Assembly: GCF_964194155.1 (NCBI RefSeq)
Contig: NC_135902.1
Span: forward strand, 10,230,001-10,294,000
Source: Cetorhinus maximus
Lineage: Eukaryota
DNA: 64,000 nucleotides
Direction: 5' to 3'
The translations under genes and the position numbers were made by a program. Each line of letters begins with the position of its first letter. Position 1 is the first letter of the stretch. Positions 12,931 to 23,139 of the stretch are shown piece after piece. The notes below the pieces were generated by a model. The model made no database searches. It was not told the origin of the DNA and saw only the letters and a list, made by a program, of their open reading frames with translations.

Positions 12931-13040
12931 TTCCGGCAGCTGGTGATTGGAGAAATCCGTCAGTGACGTTGTTATTTCCCATCCTGTCAAACTGCTGCGA
13001 GGGGAAATAACTGCTTCCGGGTTAGTTCAACACCTGGTGA
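12880..13040 (-). promoter_or_regulatory. ADPRM CpG-rich promoter
   Basis: ETS/GABP-like TTCCGG at about 12930 and 13015, CCAAT box (ATTGG at 12946), CRE-like TGACGT at 12964, GC-box-like CCCCGCC; locally high CpG. Confidence 0.6.
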
Positions 13041-13053
13041 CTGTTCCTGGGGT

Positions 13054-13958
13054 ATAACTGGTTGATGGTTATTTCTGAGAATAACTGGTTAATGGTTATT
13101 TCTGAGAATAACTGGTTAATGGTTATTTCTGAGAATAATTGGTTGATGGTTATCTCTGAATAACTGGTTAATGGTTATTTCTGAGAATAACTGGTTGGTG
13201 GTTATTTCTGAGAATAACTGGTTAATAGTTATTTCTGAGAATAACTGGTTAATGGTTATTTCTGAGAATAATTGGTTGATGGTTATCTCTGAATAACTGG
13301 TTAATGGTTATTTCTGAGAATAACTGGTTGATGGTTATTTCTGAGAATAACTGGTTAATGGTTATTTCTGAGAATAACTGGTTCATGGTTATTTCTGAGA
13401 ATAATTGGTTCATGGTTATTTCTGAGAATAACTGGTTCATGGTTATTTCTGAGAATAATTGGTTAATGGTTATTTCTGAGAATAACTGGTTCATGGTTAT
13501 TTCTGAGAATAACTGGTTAATAGTTATTTCTGAGAATAACTGGTTAATGGTTATTTCTGAGAATAATTGGTTGATGGTTATCTCTGAATAACTGGTTAAT
13601 GGTTATTTCTGAGAATAATTGGTTGATGGTTATTTCTGAGAATAACTGGTTAATAGTTATTTCTGAGAATAATTGGTTGATGGTTATCTCTGAATAACTG
13701 GTTAATGGTTATTTCTGAAAATAATTGGTTGATGGTTATCTCTGAATAACTGGTTAATGGTTATCTCTGAGAATAACTGGTTAATGGTTATTTCTGAGAA
13801 TAATTGGTTAATGGTTATCTTTGAGAATAACTGGTTAATAGTTATTTCTGAGAATAATTGGTTCATGGTTATCTCTGAGAATAATTGGTTAATGGTTATC
13901 TCTGAGAATAACTGATTAATAGTTATCTCTGAGAATAACTGGTTGATGGTTATCTCTG
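13054..13958. repeat. 27-bp minisatellite, 33 full units plus 1 partial
   Basis: Unit ATAACTGGTTAATGGTTATTTCTGAGA. Five units are 25-nt variants (...TATCTCTGA). Counted directly. Confidence 0.98.
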
Positions 13959-14382
13959 GGGTTAGTTGGATTAGGATTATATGGGCTGTTTCTCTGTGTA
14001 TCTGTTACCATTGGCCATCTGGCTATCTCTCTAAGCAGCTGGGTGTGATAATGATGAAATATCACACTAAAAATCAGAAACATCAGAGATTTCACAAAGA
14101 CAGAAAGCCATTTTGCCACTGCAGCATTAGGGTGTCATGGTGGCCATCAGTTTCCCTTTGTTATCAAAGGGGGCCATGTCTTGCCTGTGTATCCATCTGT
14201 TGTATGTTCTAAGGAGGCTGTAGAGCCCGAGTACAGACCTCAATGACTTTTCACAGTGCACAAAAGGATGAACTGTCTGATTTTATTTTTTGTTGTTGGG
14301 ACTGTCCAGTCTTTCTAGCTTGCTTTTTGCTGATTTTCTCCTTTTGTATGGCTGGGGATAGAGAAATAACAATAATTTTACA

Positions 14383-14540
14383 ACAAAGACAGAAAACGCT
14401 GGAAAAACCCAAGGGTCATACGGACTCGAAACATTAACTCTGTTTCTCTCTCCACAGATGCTGTCAGACCTGCTGAGTTTTTCCATCATTTTCTGTTTTT
14501 GTTTCAGATTTCCAGCATCCGCAGTATTTTGTTTTTTACT
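14383..14540 (+). mobile_element. Penelope-like terminal fragment with short inverted 5' piece
   Basis: GGGTCATACGGACTCGAAACATTAACT plus the family tail. Left end ACAGAAAACGCTGGAAAAAC is an inverted copy of the tail. Confidence 0.8.
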
Positions 14541-15174
14541 ATAGTTTTACATAAAGGTCGTCAAGCCAGGACCTTTTCTACCTGTATTCTTTGCTGTTCG
14601 TTAGGTCATTATGTGCTTAATTAGAATTTTTGAATCTTTTTATAAGTATTATTATATGCTTCTCAGTATTTTTGATTTCTCTCTTTCCAATTTTGAAATA
14701 AGTTTTACAAAAACACACATTCCTGATCTCAACCCAGGCAGTTGTTACAATTGACCTCAATGTCATCTGGGCTTGAGGGGAACTTGTAAAAAATAAGCTG
14801 ACATTTAATTGTTATGCAGTGACTCCCGTTATTTAAAAAAAGGCAGTGCATGTTATTGAGGACAGTGTTATGTTGGGCTGTGGTTCCCCTATACTCTGGA
14901 TTCATCAGAAGAATTGCTCTGTAGTTGAAATACTAGAAGCTTGCCAGTGCCTGAATAATGTAGCCGAGGAAAATGTCAGTTCCTTTAGGATAGGGAGGAA
15001 GGAAATTTACATATTTTGTGAATGAAATTAAATAAATTTACTATTGTTTAACTTGCCCTTTTGGTTGTGTGACCTTTTTAAAATCTACATGGTTATCTCA
15101 CTTCTTGTGGAAAGATGTGACATGCTCCTAACATTCTGATGATCATAATCAGCCCTGTTCTGCAACAACAGCAG

Positions 15175-16005
15175 CAACAACATATTTATATAGTGCCTTT
15201 AACATAATAGAACATCCCAAGGCGTTTCACAGGGGCATTATAAAATAATATATGACATTGAATCACACAAGGAGATGTTAGGTCAGATGACCAAAAACTT
15301 GGGCAAAGAGGTAAGTTTTAAGTAATGCCTTAAAGGAGGAAACCAAGATAGAGAGGCAGAGGTGTGTAGGGAAGGTATTCCAGAGCTTAGGGCCTAGGCA
15401 GCTGAAAGCACAGCGACCAATGGTGGACTGATTCAAATCGGGGATGCACAAGAAGCCAGAATTAGAGGAGCACAGAAATCTCTGAGGAAGGAGATTACTG
15501 AAATAGGGAGGGAATGAAGGGATTTGAAAACAAGGATGAGAATTTTAAAATCAAGATGTTGCTTGACTGGAAGCCAATGAAGGTGAGCGGACAGGAATGG
15601 TGGGGAAACAGGACTTGGTGCGAGTTAAGACATTGGAAGGCCTACAGAGAGAGTAGAGTGTGGGAGACCAGCCAGGATTGCATTGGAATAGTTAAGCCTA
15701 GAGGTAACAAAGACATGGGTGAGGGTTTCAGCAACAGATTGCCTGACTTTGCCCCTGTCTCAGGTTATGTTGCAGAGGTGGAAATAGGTGGCCTTAGCAA
15801 TAATTTGAATATGAAGCTGGAAGCTCATCTTTGGATACGAATGGAATAGTGAGGTTGCAAACAAGCTGGCTTAATCTCAGATTGTTGCTAGTGAGATGGA
15901 TAGAGCCGGTAGTTAAGGAATGGTGCTTGGAAATGGGGACCGAAAACAATGATTTCAGTCTTCCCAATACTTAATTGAAGGAAATTTCTGCTTATCCAGA
16001 ACAAG
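15175..16005 (-). mobile_element. L2-like LINE 3' fragment
   Basis: (CAA)n tail followed by TTTATATAGTGCCTTTAAC; homologous to 23550-25340. Confidence 0.75.
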
Positions 16006-16639
16006 GCTACACGTTTTTCCTGTATCTCTTTATTCTCCTGTATGATCAGAATAGTAAAAATAAACTAAGAAAATTATGAATTTTGACTTTTAAAATCACT
16101 TTGGAATTTTCCCTGATGTCCCAGTTGGTAAAGACTTCTGCTGTGTAGATCCCCAAATCTTAGCCATACAGTCCAAAGGCATCCCTCCTCACTTAGGTAA
16201 AAAATAGGTATAATTTAAAATCATTGGAATAGCTGCAGCAGTTTTGTGAACATTTTCTGCATTTGGATTGGATATCAGCCAATGCTCATACTGTTGAATA
16301 TTCCTTATTGTGGTTTGTGGCAAAATCTTAAAAAAAAAACTGATTCATTAAAAATAAATGATAATTTAACCTTATAGTTGCATTACTTTTGGGGGAAAAA
16401 AGAGATTTAGAAAATGTTTAGGCACATGGGTATGCAGTTTGTCTGGTCTCCTAACTGAGAAATGGGGGAAAAACATTAATTATAATAAATATATCTTTTG
16501 CAATAGGGCTTGATTTTTGTAATTTGAGCATATATAGTGGCACATACATTGATTAGTTTATTCAGTAGCAAAATGAGTATATATATTTGGGGATCCCATT
16601 TAGCCATTGTAGCAATGTTGTCACAGATACATGTTTTAA

Positions 16640-17020
16640 GGGATCACGGAATGGTTACAGCACAGGAGGACATTCAGCCCATTGTGCCTGTACTGGCTCT
16701 CTGCAAGAACAATTCACCGAATGCAACTGGTCTTCCTTTTTCCCCATTGCCCTCCAATTTTTTTCCTCTTCAGTTCACTATCCAATTCTCCTCTGAAAGC
16801 CACGATTGAATCTGGCTCGACCACACTCTCAGGCAGTTCATTCCAGAACCTGAACACTTGCTGCATAAGAAAATTTTTTCCTCTGATCACCTTTGAATTC
16901 TTTTGCAAGTCACTTTAAATCTCTGTGCTCTGGGTGCCTGATCCTTCCACCAGTGTGAACAAACAGCGTCTTCCTGTCTACTCTGTCCAGACCCCTCATG
17001 CTTTTGAACACCTCTATCAA
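16640..17020 (-). mobile_element. CR1 3' fragment
   Basis: ORF remnant RGKNFLMQQVFRFWNELPESVVEPDSIVAFRGELD. Confidence 0.75.
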
Positions 17021-17137
17021 AATGCAGCTTTACTTTGGGGTGTTTGTGCTTAACTTCAACTACGGGTGATGACTAAAGCTGCAATGTGGACAATTAAGTA
17101 AAATAACCCAGCTAGCAAATATTAATGTTTGAATAGG

Positions 17138-17560
17138 TTTTTCCAAAAATATACCTTATTCATGAAATTTGTAGAAGTACATTCCAAAACATATCAAATT
17201 AGACTGATAAGAACAGATTTTTTCTCCAAAATATACTTTATAAAAGTTTGTAAAATTATATGCCCAAACATTTCAAATTGAATTGATAAGAACAGATTTC
17301 CCCCAATAATACTTTATTTATAAAAGTTTGTAAAATTATATGCCCAAACATTTCAAATTGAATTGATAAGAACAGATTTTTCCCCCAATAATACTTCATT
17401 TATAAAAGTTTGTAAAATTATATGCTAAAACATTTCAAATTCGACTGATAAGAACAGATTTTCCCCCCAAATATACTTTATTTATAAAATTTGTGAAAGT
17501 GTATTCCAAAACATTTCAAATTGGACATGACAGAGAGTGTAATGGGATACGACTTTTCTC
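17138..17560 (-). mobile_element. Tandem ~80-bp array of LINE-like 3' ends each abutting a U2 snRNA fragment (Keno/Tx1-like)
   Basis: Four copies of ATT(A/G/C)(G/A)A(C/T)TGATAAGAACAGAT, the reverse complement of U2 nt 38-58 (19-20 of 21 matches). On the minus strand these alternate with ...AATAAAGTATATTTTGG(A)n-type ends. Confidence 0.75.
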
Positions 17561-17629
17561 CTTAAGTTGCACTTTGAAGTTTGAACATTGTTGCAGTATG
17601 TGGTCTCTGCTGTTCACTGATGGTTTTAA

Positions 17630-17719
17630 TGATGTAAGGGAGCCTGGCGGTGTTGCTGGTGGGAGGAGGCTCCCAGTCTGTTTCCGGATCTGCTGCACGA
17701 AGGTTATACAGTGTGCACC
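17630..17719 (+). promoter_or_regulatory. SCO1 proximal promoter / 5' UTR
   Basis: GC/CpG-rich stretch with ETS-like TTCCGG (about 17682) just before a Kozak-context ACCATGG. Confidence 0.55.
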
Positions 17720-17881
17720 ATGGCGCTGATGGTGCAGCTGCTGTGCAAACGGACGAGCGCCGTGTCCAGAGCGTTTAATCGGAAAGTTTCCTGCGTAACC
17801 TCTTTTTACTGCAGGGTCAGCGCCAGGCAATGCTGCCGCCCGAATTTACTGGCAGCGAACCCGCTGTGCCCAACGAGACCG
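17720..17881 (+). CDS. SCO1: SCO1 exon 1 (mitochondrial targeting peptide)
   Basis: ACCATGG start. Translates MALMVQLLCKRTSAVSRAFNRKVSCV...PTRP, Arg/Ser-rich with no acidic residues. Donor CCG|GTGAGT; 162 nt, phase 0. Confidence 0.85.
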
Positions 17882-18465
17882 GTGAGTTTCAGACCCAGGA
17901 AATGCTAAACACTCAGCAGATGCATTGCCAATGAATAAAGGTTTCAGAGAAACAAAAATGACCTGAGTTGTACTGAGCAGCATTGTTTGAGCCCATGTGT
18001 AGCTAATACGTCCACAACGCAAGGCACATGAATAAGGAAAGGGCTGATCTCTGGAAACTAATGTTTGATTTGTGAGTTTCCAGTCAGGCATGGGGAAAGG
18101 GCTGAATATCTGGAGTTCAGTCTGTTTCATGTCTGGCTTGTGTCAATTTGCAGGTCACCCAGAGGCTGGAGGATTAACAATCACAAATTCAAAGTTTTGT
18201 CATTGCTAAATACGCTCAGGGTGAGGGTGTGGGCGAGGGTGTGGGCGGTGCCTGTTGCTCCCTGTGAGAATTCACCAATTATCAATGAGGATACAAAGTG
18301 TGACGAGGGGCAGCATAATTGGAGTTGGCAGTGTCAGTGTTTGGCCTTGGTAAAATGTAAATTAGAGCACCATTGTGGTGTGGAGTGATATTTAAAGGGC
18401 GGTTTCTTCATCCACTTAAGCAACCCAAGCACTTACTGCAGTGTTTGTTTAAAAATACGGGAGGT

Positions 18466-18535
18466 GTCAGCTGTGGCTCAGTTCATAGCACCCTCGCCTT
18501 TGAATCAGAGGGTTGTGGGTTCATGTCCCACTCCC
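18466..18535 (+). mobile_element. tRNA-derived SINE head fragment
   Basis: GTCAGCTGTGGCTCAG...GGTTGTGGGTTCATGTCCCACTCC, similar to the heads at 5203, 10530 and 19458. Confidence 0.7.
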
Positions 18536-18592
18536 GGAAAACCAAGAACTGTGATTGTGCTCAAAGAGTTGCAAGCAACAAGATGGTTCTTG

Positions 18593-18665
18593 AACCGGCT
18601 AGCTCAGTCGGTAGAGCATGAGACACTTAATTTCAGGGTCGTGAGTTCGAGTCCCACGCTGGGCG
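18593..18665 (+). pseudogene. tRNA-Lys(CTT) pseudogene in SCO1 intron 1
   Basis: 73 nt matching canonical vertebrate tRNA-Lys-CTT with about 7 substitutions: acceptor positions 1-2 are AA, U33 is A, and the T-stem has a mismatch. No oligo-T terminator follows. Confidence 0.85.
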
Positions 18666-19457
18666 CAATAATATTCTTCAGTATTGGTCAGAAATTGGAG
18701 CTCTTTCTGTAGGCATATGTTTACAAAATTGCCCCTTGCCTGGCAAGAGTATGATTAGCAGCCCCAAAACAACATAAGAGGTGCCAACTGAGCTCTTTGG
18801 GCACTACTCTTCGACAAGTGGGGTAATATTATTACAAACTGGCAAAATGATGCAAAGATGTTATTGAATAGAAAATTGAGACAACAGTAATGCAATGACA
18901 ACTGTTCCGGGAGTAGAGAATTTACCTGAAGCTTCTGTAGTTTCTAATTTATCCTCTTGTACCTTAATTGGTGCAAATTTTAATGCCACAAGTAATATGA
19001 GTGATTCATGACTGCACTATAGGCCTCCGGCTGCTTACAGGTAGAGTATACGGCTACAAGAAGTAAAATCTTTATTTTGTAACTTTGCATTTAAAATAAA
19101 CATTGCAGTTTGTATTAAATCTTTAGTAAGAAGGGCTATTTTACTGAATGCCAGAGATATTAGGACTAAATATTCATTGGATCATTTTGAAGATATCTTG
19201 TATAGATAGTATAAGTGTTAGATTTTGTCAACTTAGTTTCAATGAAATAAACTTCCTTTCAAATAGTATTGTTAAATGAGCTATTCGGTTTATCCAAGAA
19301 CTGGATATCTATATCATGGTGGGTGTACAGCTTTGTTTACAATGGCTTTGCAATGATTTTGGAGCCAAAAGTTCACATGACTGGTCAAGCTACAGTATCT
19401 CGAAGATGTTAGAATTCCTGGTCAGGGCGTTGGCCTACAATGTGTTTTGTTTTCCTA

Positions 19458-19805
19458 GTCAGCCTTGGCTCACTGGCAGCACCCTCACCTCTCACTCGGA
19501 GGTTGTGGGTTCAAGCACTGCTCCAGGACTTGATCACAAAATATAGGCTGAGACTCCAGTGCTCTGCTGAGAGAGTGCTGCGTTGTCAGAAAGGCCATCT
19601 TTTGGATGAGGCAATAGACTGAAGCCCAGTCTGCCTGCTCGGGGGGATGTTTGAGATCCTGTGGCCTATTCGGAGAAGAAGACACTCCTAGTGTCTTGGC
19701 CAATATTTATCCCTCTATGAATATCATTTTAAGCATAGCAGAATATTTAGCTATTATCTCATAACTATTTGTGCGATTTTGTTGAGTGCAAATTGGTTAA
19801 CTGTG
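19458..19805 (+). mobile_element. Deu-type tRNA SINE
   Basis: Same head and core as the copy at 10530. Confidence 0.7.
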
Positions 19806-19809
19806 TTAA

Positions 19810-20455
19810 AGAACATAATGTAAGAAATAGGAGCAGGAGTAGACCAGACAGGTCCTTCAAGCCTGTTCTGCCATTCAGTATGGTTGATCTTCTGCCTCAA
19901 CTCCACTCCCCATGTGCCAAGATTGCCTGAAAGACCAGAAATCTGTCTATCTCAGCCATAAATATGCTTAACGATGGAGCAACAACAACCTCTGTGGTAG
20001 AGAATTCCAAAGATTCACAACCCTTTGGGTGAAGGACTTTCAGGTCACCTCAGTTCTAAATGATCGGTCCCTTATCCTGCGACTGTGTCCCCGTGTTCTA
20101 GATACGCCAGTCAGGGGAAACAACTCCTCAGTGTCGGCCCTGTCAAGCCCCTTCAGAATCTTGTATATTTCAATGAGATCACCTTTACTCAGCCTCCCAT
20201 CATAGGACAACCCTATTACCCTAGGAGCAGATACAGTGAGCCTTCGCTGTACCACCTCCAATGCAAGTACATCCTTCCTTAAATATGGAGACCAAAACTG
20301 CTCAAAAGTACTCCAGGCGTGGCATCACCAAAGCCTTCTACAATTGTAGCAAGACTTCCTTATTCTCGTACTCCAATCCCATTGCAATAATGACCAGGGT
20401 ACCATTTGCTTTGCTAATTGCTTGCTGTATCTGCATGCTAACCTTCTGTGTGTTT
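19810..20455 (-). mobile_element. CR1 3' fragment
   Basis: ORF remnant EVVQRR...GDLIEIYKILKGLDR...RTRGHS. Confidence 0.8.
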
Positions 20456-20566
20456 GCATACAAAACATCAATCACTCCACATTAAAAATAATTCATTGTG
20501 CTTTACAATGTGCTGAGTATGTGAAAGGTGCTTATTAATTGCAAGGTTTTTTTCATGTTTCTACAG

Positions 20567-20692
20567 TTCAGTAAAGATCTTTGTCCAATATGGAAGTCTA
20601 CCAGATACTCCACACACAATCTCCACTCCTTCAGTACAATGCCTCCATCACCACCTCGAAAGAAACCAGACGGTGGCACTAAAAAGGGTGGG
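20567..20692 (+). CDS. SCO1: SCO1 exon 2
   Basis: ttctacag|TTC ... GGG|gtaagt. Translates FSKDLCPIWKSTRYSTHNLHSFSTMPPSPPRKKPDGGTKKGG, resembling the LST..PPPP..K..G segment preceding the SCO1 transmembrane helix. 126 nt, phase 0/0. Confidence 0.85.
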
Positions 20693-20964
20693 GTAAGTGA
20701 GGCTGTGGCTAATTTTGATGAATAAAATAGGAATGTCGATTGAGCCTTCATTGTTAAATAGTTGTATAGACCATGGGGCAGATTTTTCTGTTCCTGCACA
20801 GTTGGACTCCTTTGCAGGCATTTTACCCTCCCTGCCTGGCTTTCCATTATATGCCACCAGGCAATCCAATATGTCCAGGTCCAAAAAGGGTAAATACCCC
20901 AACATTTTTTTGTAAGGATTGAGTATAACTATGGCAAACATTTGAATTAATCAAGTCTTATTCT

Positions 20965-21320
20965 GGAAACTTGAGCACAAAATCTGACGCTCCAATGGGA
21001 GCACCTTGGGAGATGGGGTGTTAAAATGAGGCCCAAACTGCTCTCCAAGATGGCCATAAAAGATCCTATGGCATTCCTTCAAGATGAGCAGCGAAGTTAT
21101 CCTCATGTCCTGGCCAATATATATCTGTCAATCATCATAATTAAAACAGATTTTCTGGTCGTTATCACTTTGCTGTTTGTGGGAGCTTGATGTATGCAAA
21201 TTGGCTCCTGCATTTCCTATGTTATGACAGTGACTGTACTTCAAAAGTACTTAATTGGCTGTAAAACACTTTGAGACACCCAGAGGTTGTGAAAAATGTT
21301 ATATAAATGCAAACCTTTTT
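20965..21320 (+). mobile_element. Deu-type SINE body
   Basis: Core TCCTGGCCAATAT...TTGCTGTTTGTGGGAGCTTG...CAAATTGGCT and L2-like tail. Confidence 0.7.
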
Positions 21321-21684
21321 TAGGGCAATTTAAAAAAAAATAAATATAGTTGGCTAATTGGGAGGACCAGTTTTCCTCTACCAATTGCATAGAATTTATT
21401 GAGCAAGTGTTACTGTGAAGGCGCAGCATTATTGCATTAACATTGTTTTGTTTCACAATGTTACACACTACGGTTGAATAGTAATAGATTAAAACATTGT
21501 ACATGCAGATGGTCTGAGTAATACATTACTAAATATATTTTACTTTCTAAACTATGCTCAGTATTAATGTTTTGTAAATTACATTGTTAAGGTTTGTCAA
21601 TTACATTGTTAATGTTAAGAGAAACAGGTGATGGGTATTAATTGTCTTTGAGCACATATAAGTAGGGGCCTTGCGTGACCGGTG

Positions 21685-22011
21685 CTCTTACTTTTATGCC
21701 ACTATCAGCACTTTCTTTAGTCTTTACCACTACCATTAACACTCCCGTTGTCTTCTGTCCATGACATCTTTGTCAATCTCTCCTTGGCTCCCACCTATCC
21801 CTGACCTTCTATCTTGCTCCACCTGCTCCATCCCCTCTTAAACGTTATGAAATCCATCACATTTCTACTTCTCTTTAGCTCTGAAGAAGAGTCATATGGA
21901 CTCGAAACGTTAACTCTGTTTCTCTCTCCACGGATGCTGCCTGACCTGCTGAGTTTTCCAGCACTTTTGTTTTTATTTAAGATTTCCAGCATCTGTAGTA
22001 TTGTGCTTTCA
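21685..22011 (+). mobile_element. Penelope-like 3' fragment with intact hammerhead core, flanked by 29-bp direct repeats
   Basis: CTGAAGA A GAGTC ATATG GACTC GAAAC GTT AACT at 21881-21915. Flanks 21656-21684 and 22012-22040 match at 26 of 29 positions. Confidence 0.85.
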
Positions 22012-22712
22012 ATATAAATAGGGGCCTTCCGCGACCGGTGGGTGCCGCAGGGGCTGGAGTTCATCATCAGCCCCGGTAACACCATTTTAATTTGATTAGT
22101 TAAGTTTCCTTGTAAAGTTTGATTTGTGTTACAGTGTCCGACCAGGGGCTATCCCTGATCATTAGTTTATTTTATTGATTATTTGTTTTATTTTTAAGGA
22201 GCATATAATAGGGAACTAATGATCCACAGATGTAAATTCAAATCCCATGGTAGCAACTGGGGAACTTAGGCAGCAGGTTAGCTCAGTTGGCTAGACAGCT
22301 AGTGTATGGATTAGGTTAATGTCAACAGCACAACGTTCGGTCTACAATTCAGCTGAGGTATACTCAGGGCCTGCCTGCTCTCTGTACCCATAGAAAAAAA
22401 ATCACAGCACTTAGCTGTGGTTCAGTAAATAATTGCCAAGGACCTGCTTCCAGGCAGGGAACAGAAGAAGAAATAAAAATAGGGGATAGCTGGGACACTG
22501 GGTTGTGTGGGAGGAGAGCTGTGAGACTGAATAAGTCAATAAACTCCCTTGATAAAGAAAAGTTCTGTGTCTTGTTTTCAGCTGGATTGGATCCTATTAA
22601 CACTAAGGTCCCCGGTGTTCAAAGTCACTGAAATTATTTTAAAGCTGGCAATCTGTTTACTGTTTGGTTTATACTGTTTTTTATCTGAGACATGTTTTCT
22701 CTTTCTTAGTAG

Positions 22713-22803
22713 CCTGTAACGTGGAAATCTTTAGCAATCACTTTTGCTGTAGGAGGAACACTGTTGGTTGTCATGAAGTACTTTAAGAAAGAAAAAGAAG
22801 AAA
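22713..22803 (+). CDS. SCO1: SCO1 exon 3 (transmembrane helix)
   Basis: ttagtag|CCT. Translates [30 protein letters not shown], then A|gtaagt. 91 nt. Confidence 0.96.
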
Positions 22804-23139
22804 GTAAGTCTTGGTTACAGCATACTTTTATCACTTTGGACCTACAAAGGAAAGATCAAAATGGTGAAAATCTAGAAACAGTGGAAGTCCAGAGAGATTG
22901 GGGTCCATGTGAATTCACCATTTAATTGTCAAAGGCTGGCACAGAAATTAATCAAAATTGCTAATGGAACACAAAATGTTATACCTGAAGGACTAGAATA
23001 GCATGGAGCACAAGTCTAAATTACTGTAATGACTACGCTTCAAAAGCATTTAATTGGCTGCTTTGCGATGTCCTGTCGTTGTAAAAGTCGCTGTGTAAAT
23101 GCAAGTCTTTCTTTGAAGAGAAACATCGTCTCTTTAACA

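Noticed and set aside
13054-13958. CRISPR array, or repeat protein (MVISENNWL)n / (NQLFSEITI)n
   Set aside because: Contiguous units with no unique spacers in a eukaryotic context. The ORFs result from the 27-nt period and are broken by the 25-nt units.
17138-17525. U2 snRNA gene or CRISPR-like array
   Set aside because: Only about 21 nt of U2 per unit, with no 5' end or Sm site. The intervening sequences are homologous to each other, not unique spacers.
17516-17830. 104-aa antisense ORF over SCO1 exon 1
   Set aside because: Expected by chance in GC-rich sequence; no recognisable homology.
18593-18665. Functional tRNA-Lys gene
   Set aside because: Acceptor positions 1-2 are unpaired, invariant U33 is lost, the T-stem has a mismatch, and there is no terminator.
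21571-21615. 22-bp tandem duplication TTTGT(A/C)AATTACATTGTTAA
   Set aside because: Two AT-rich copies only; ordinary slippage.
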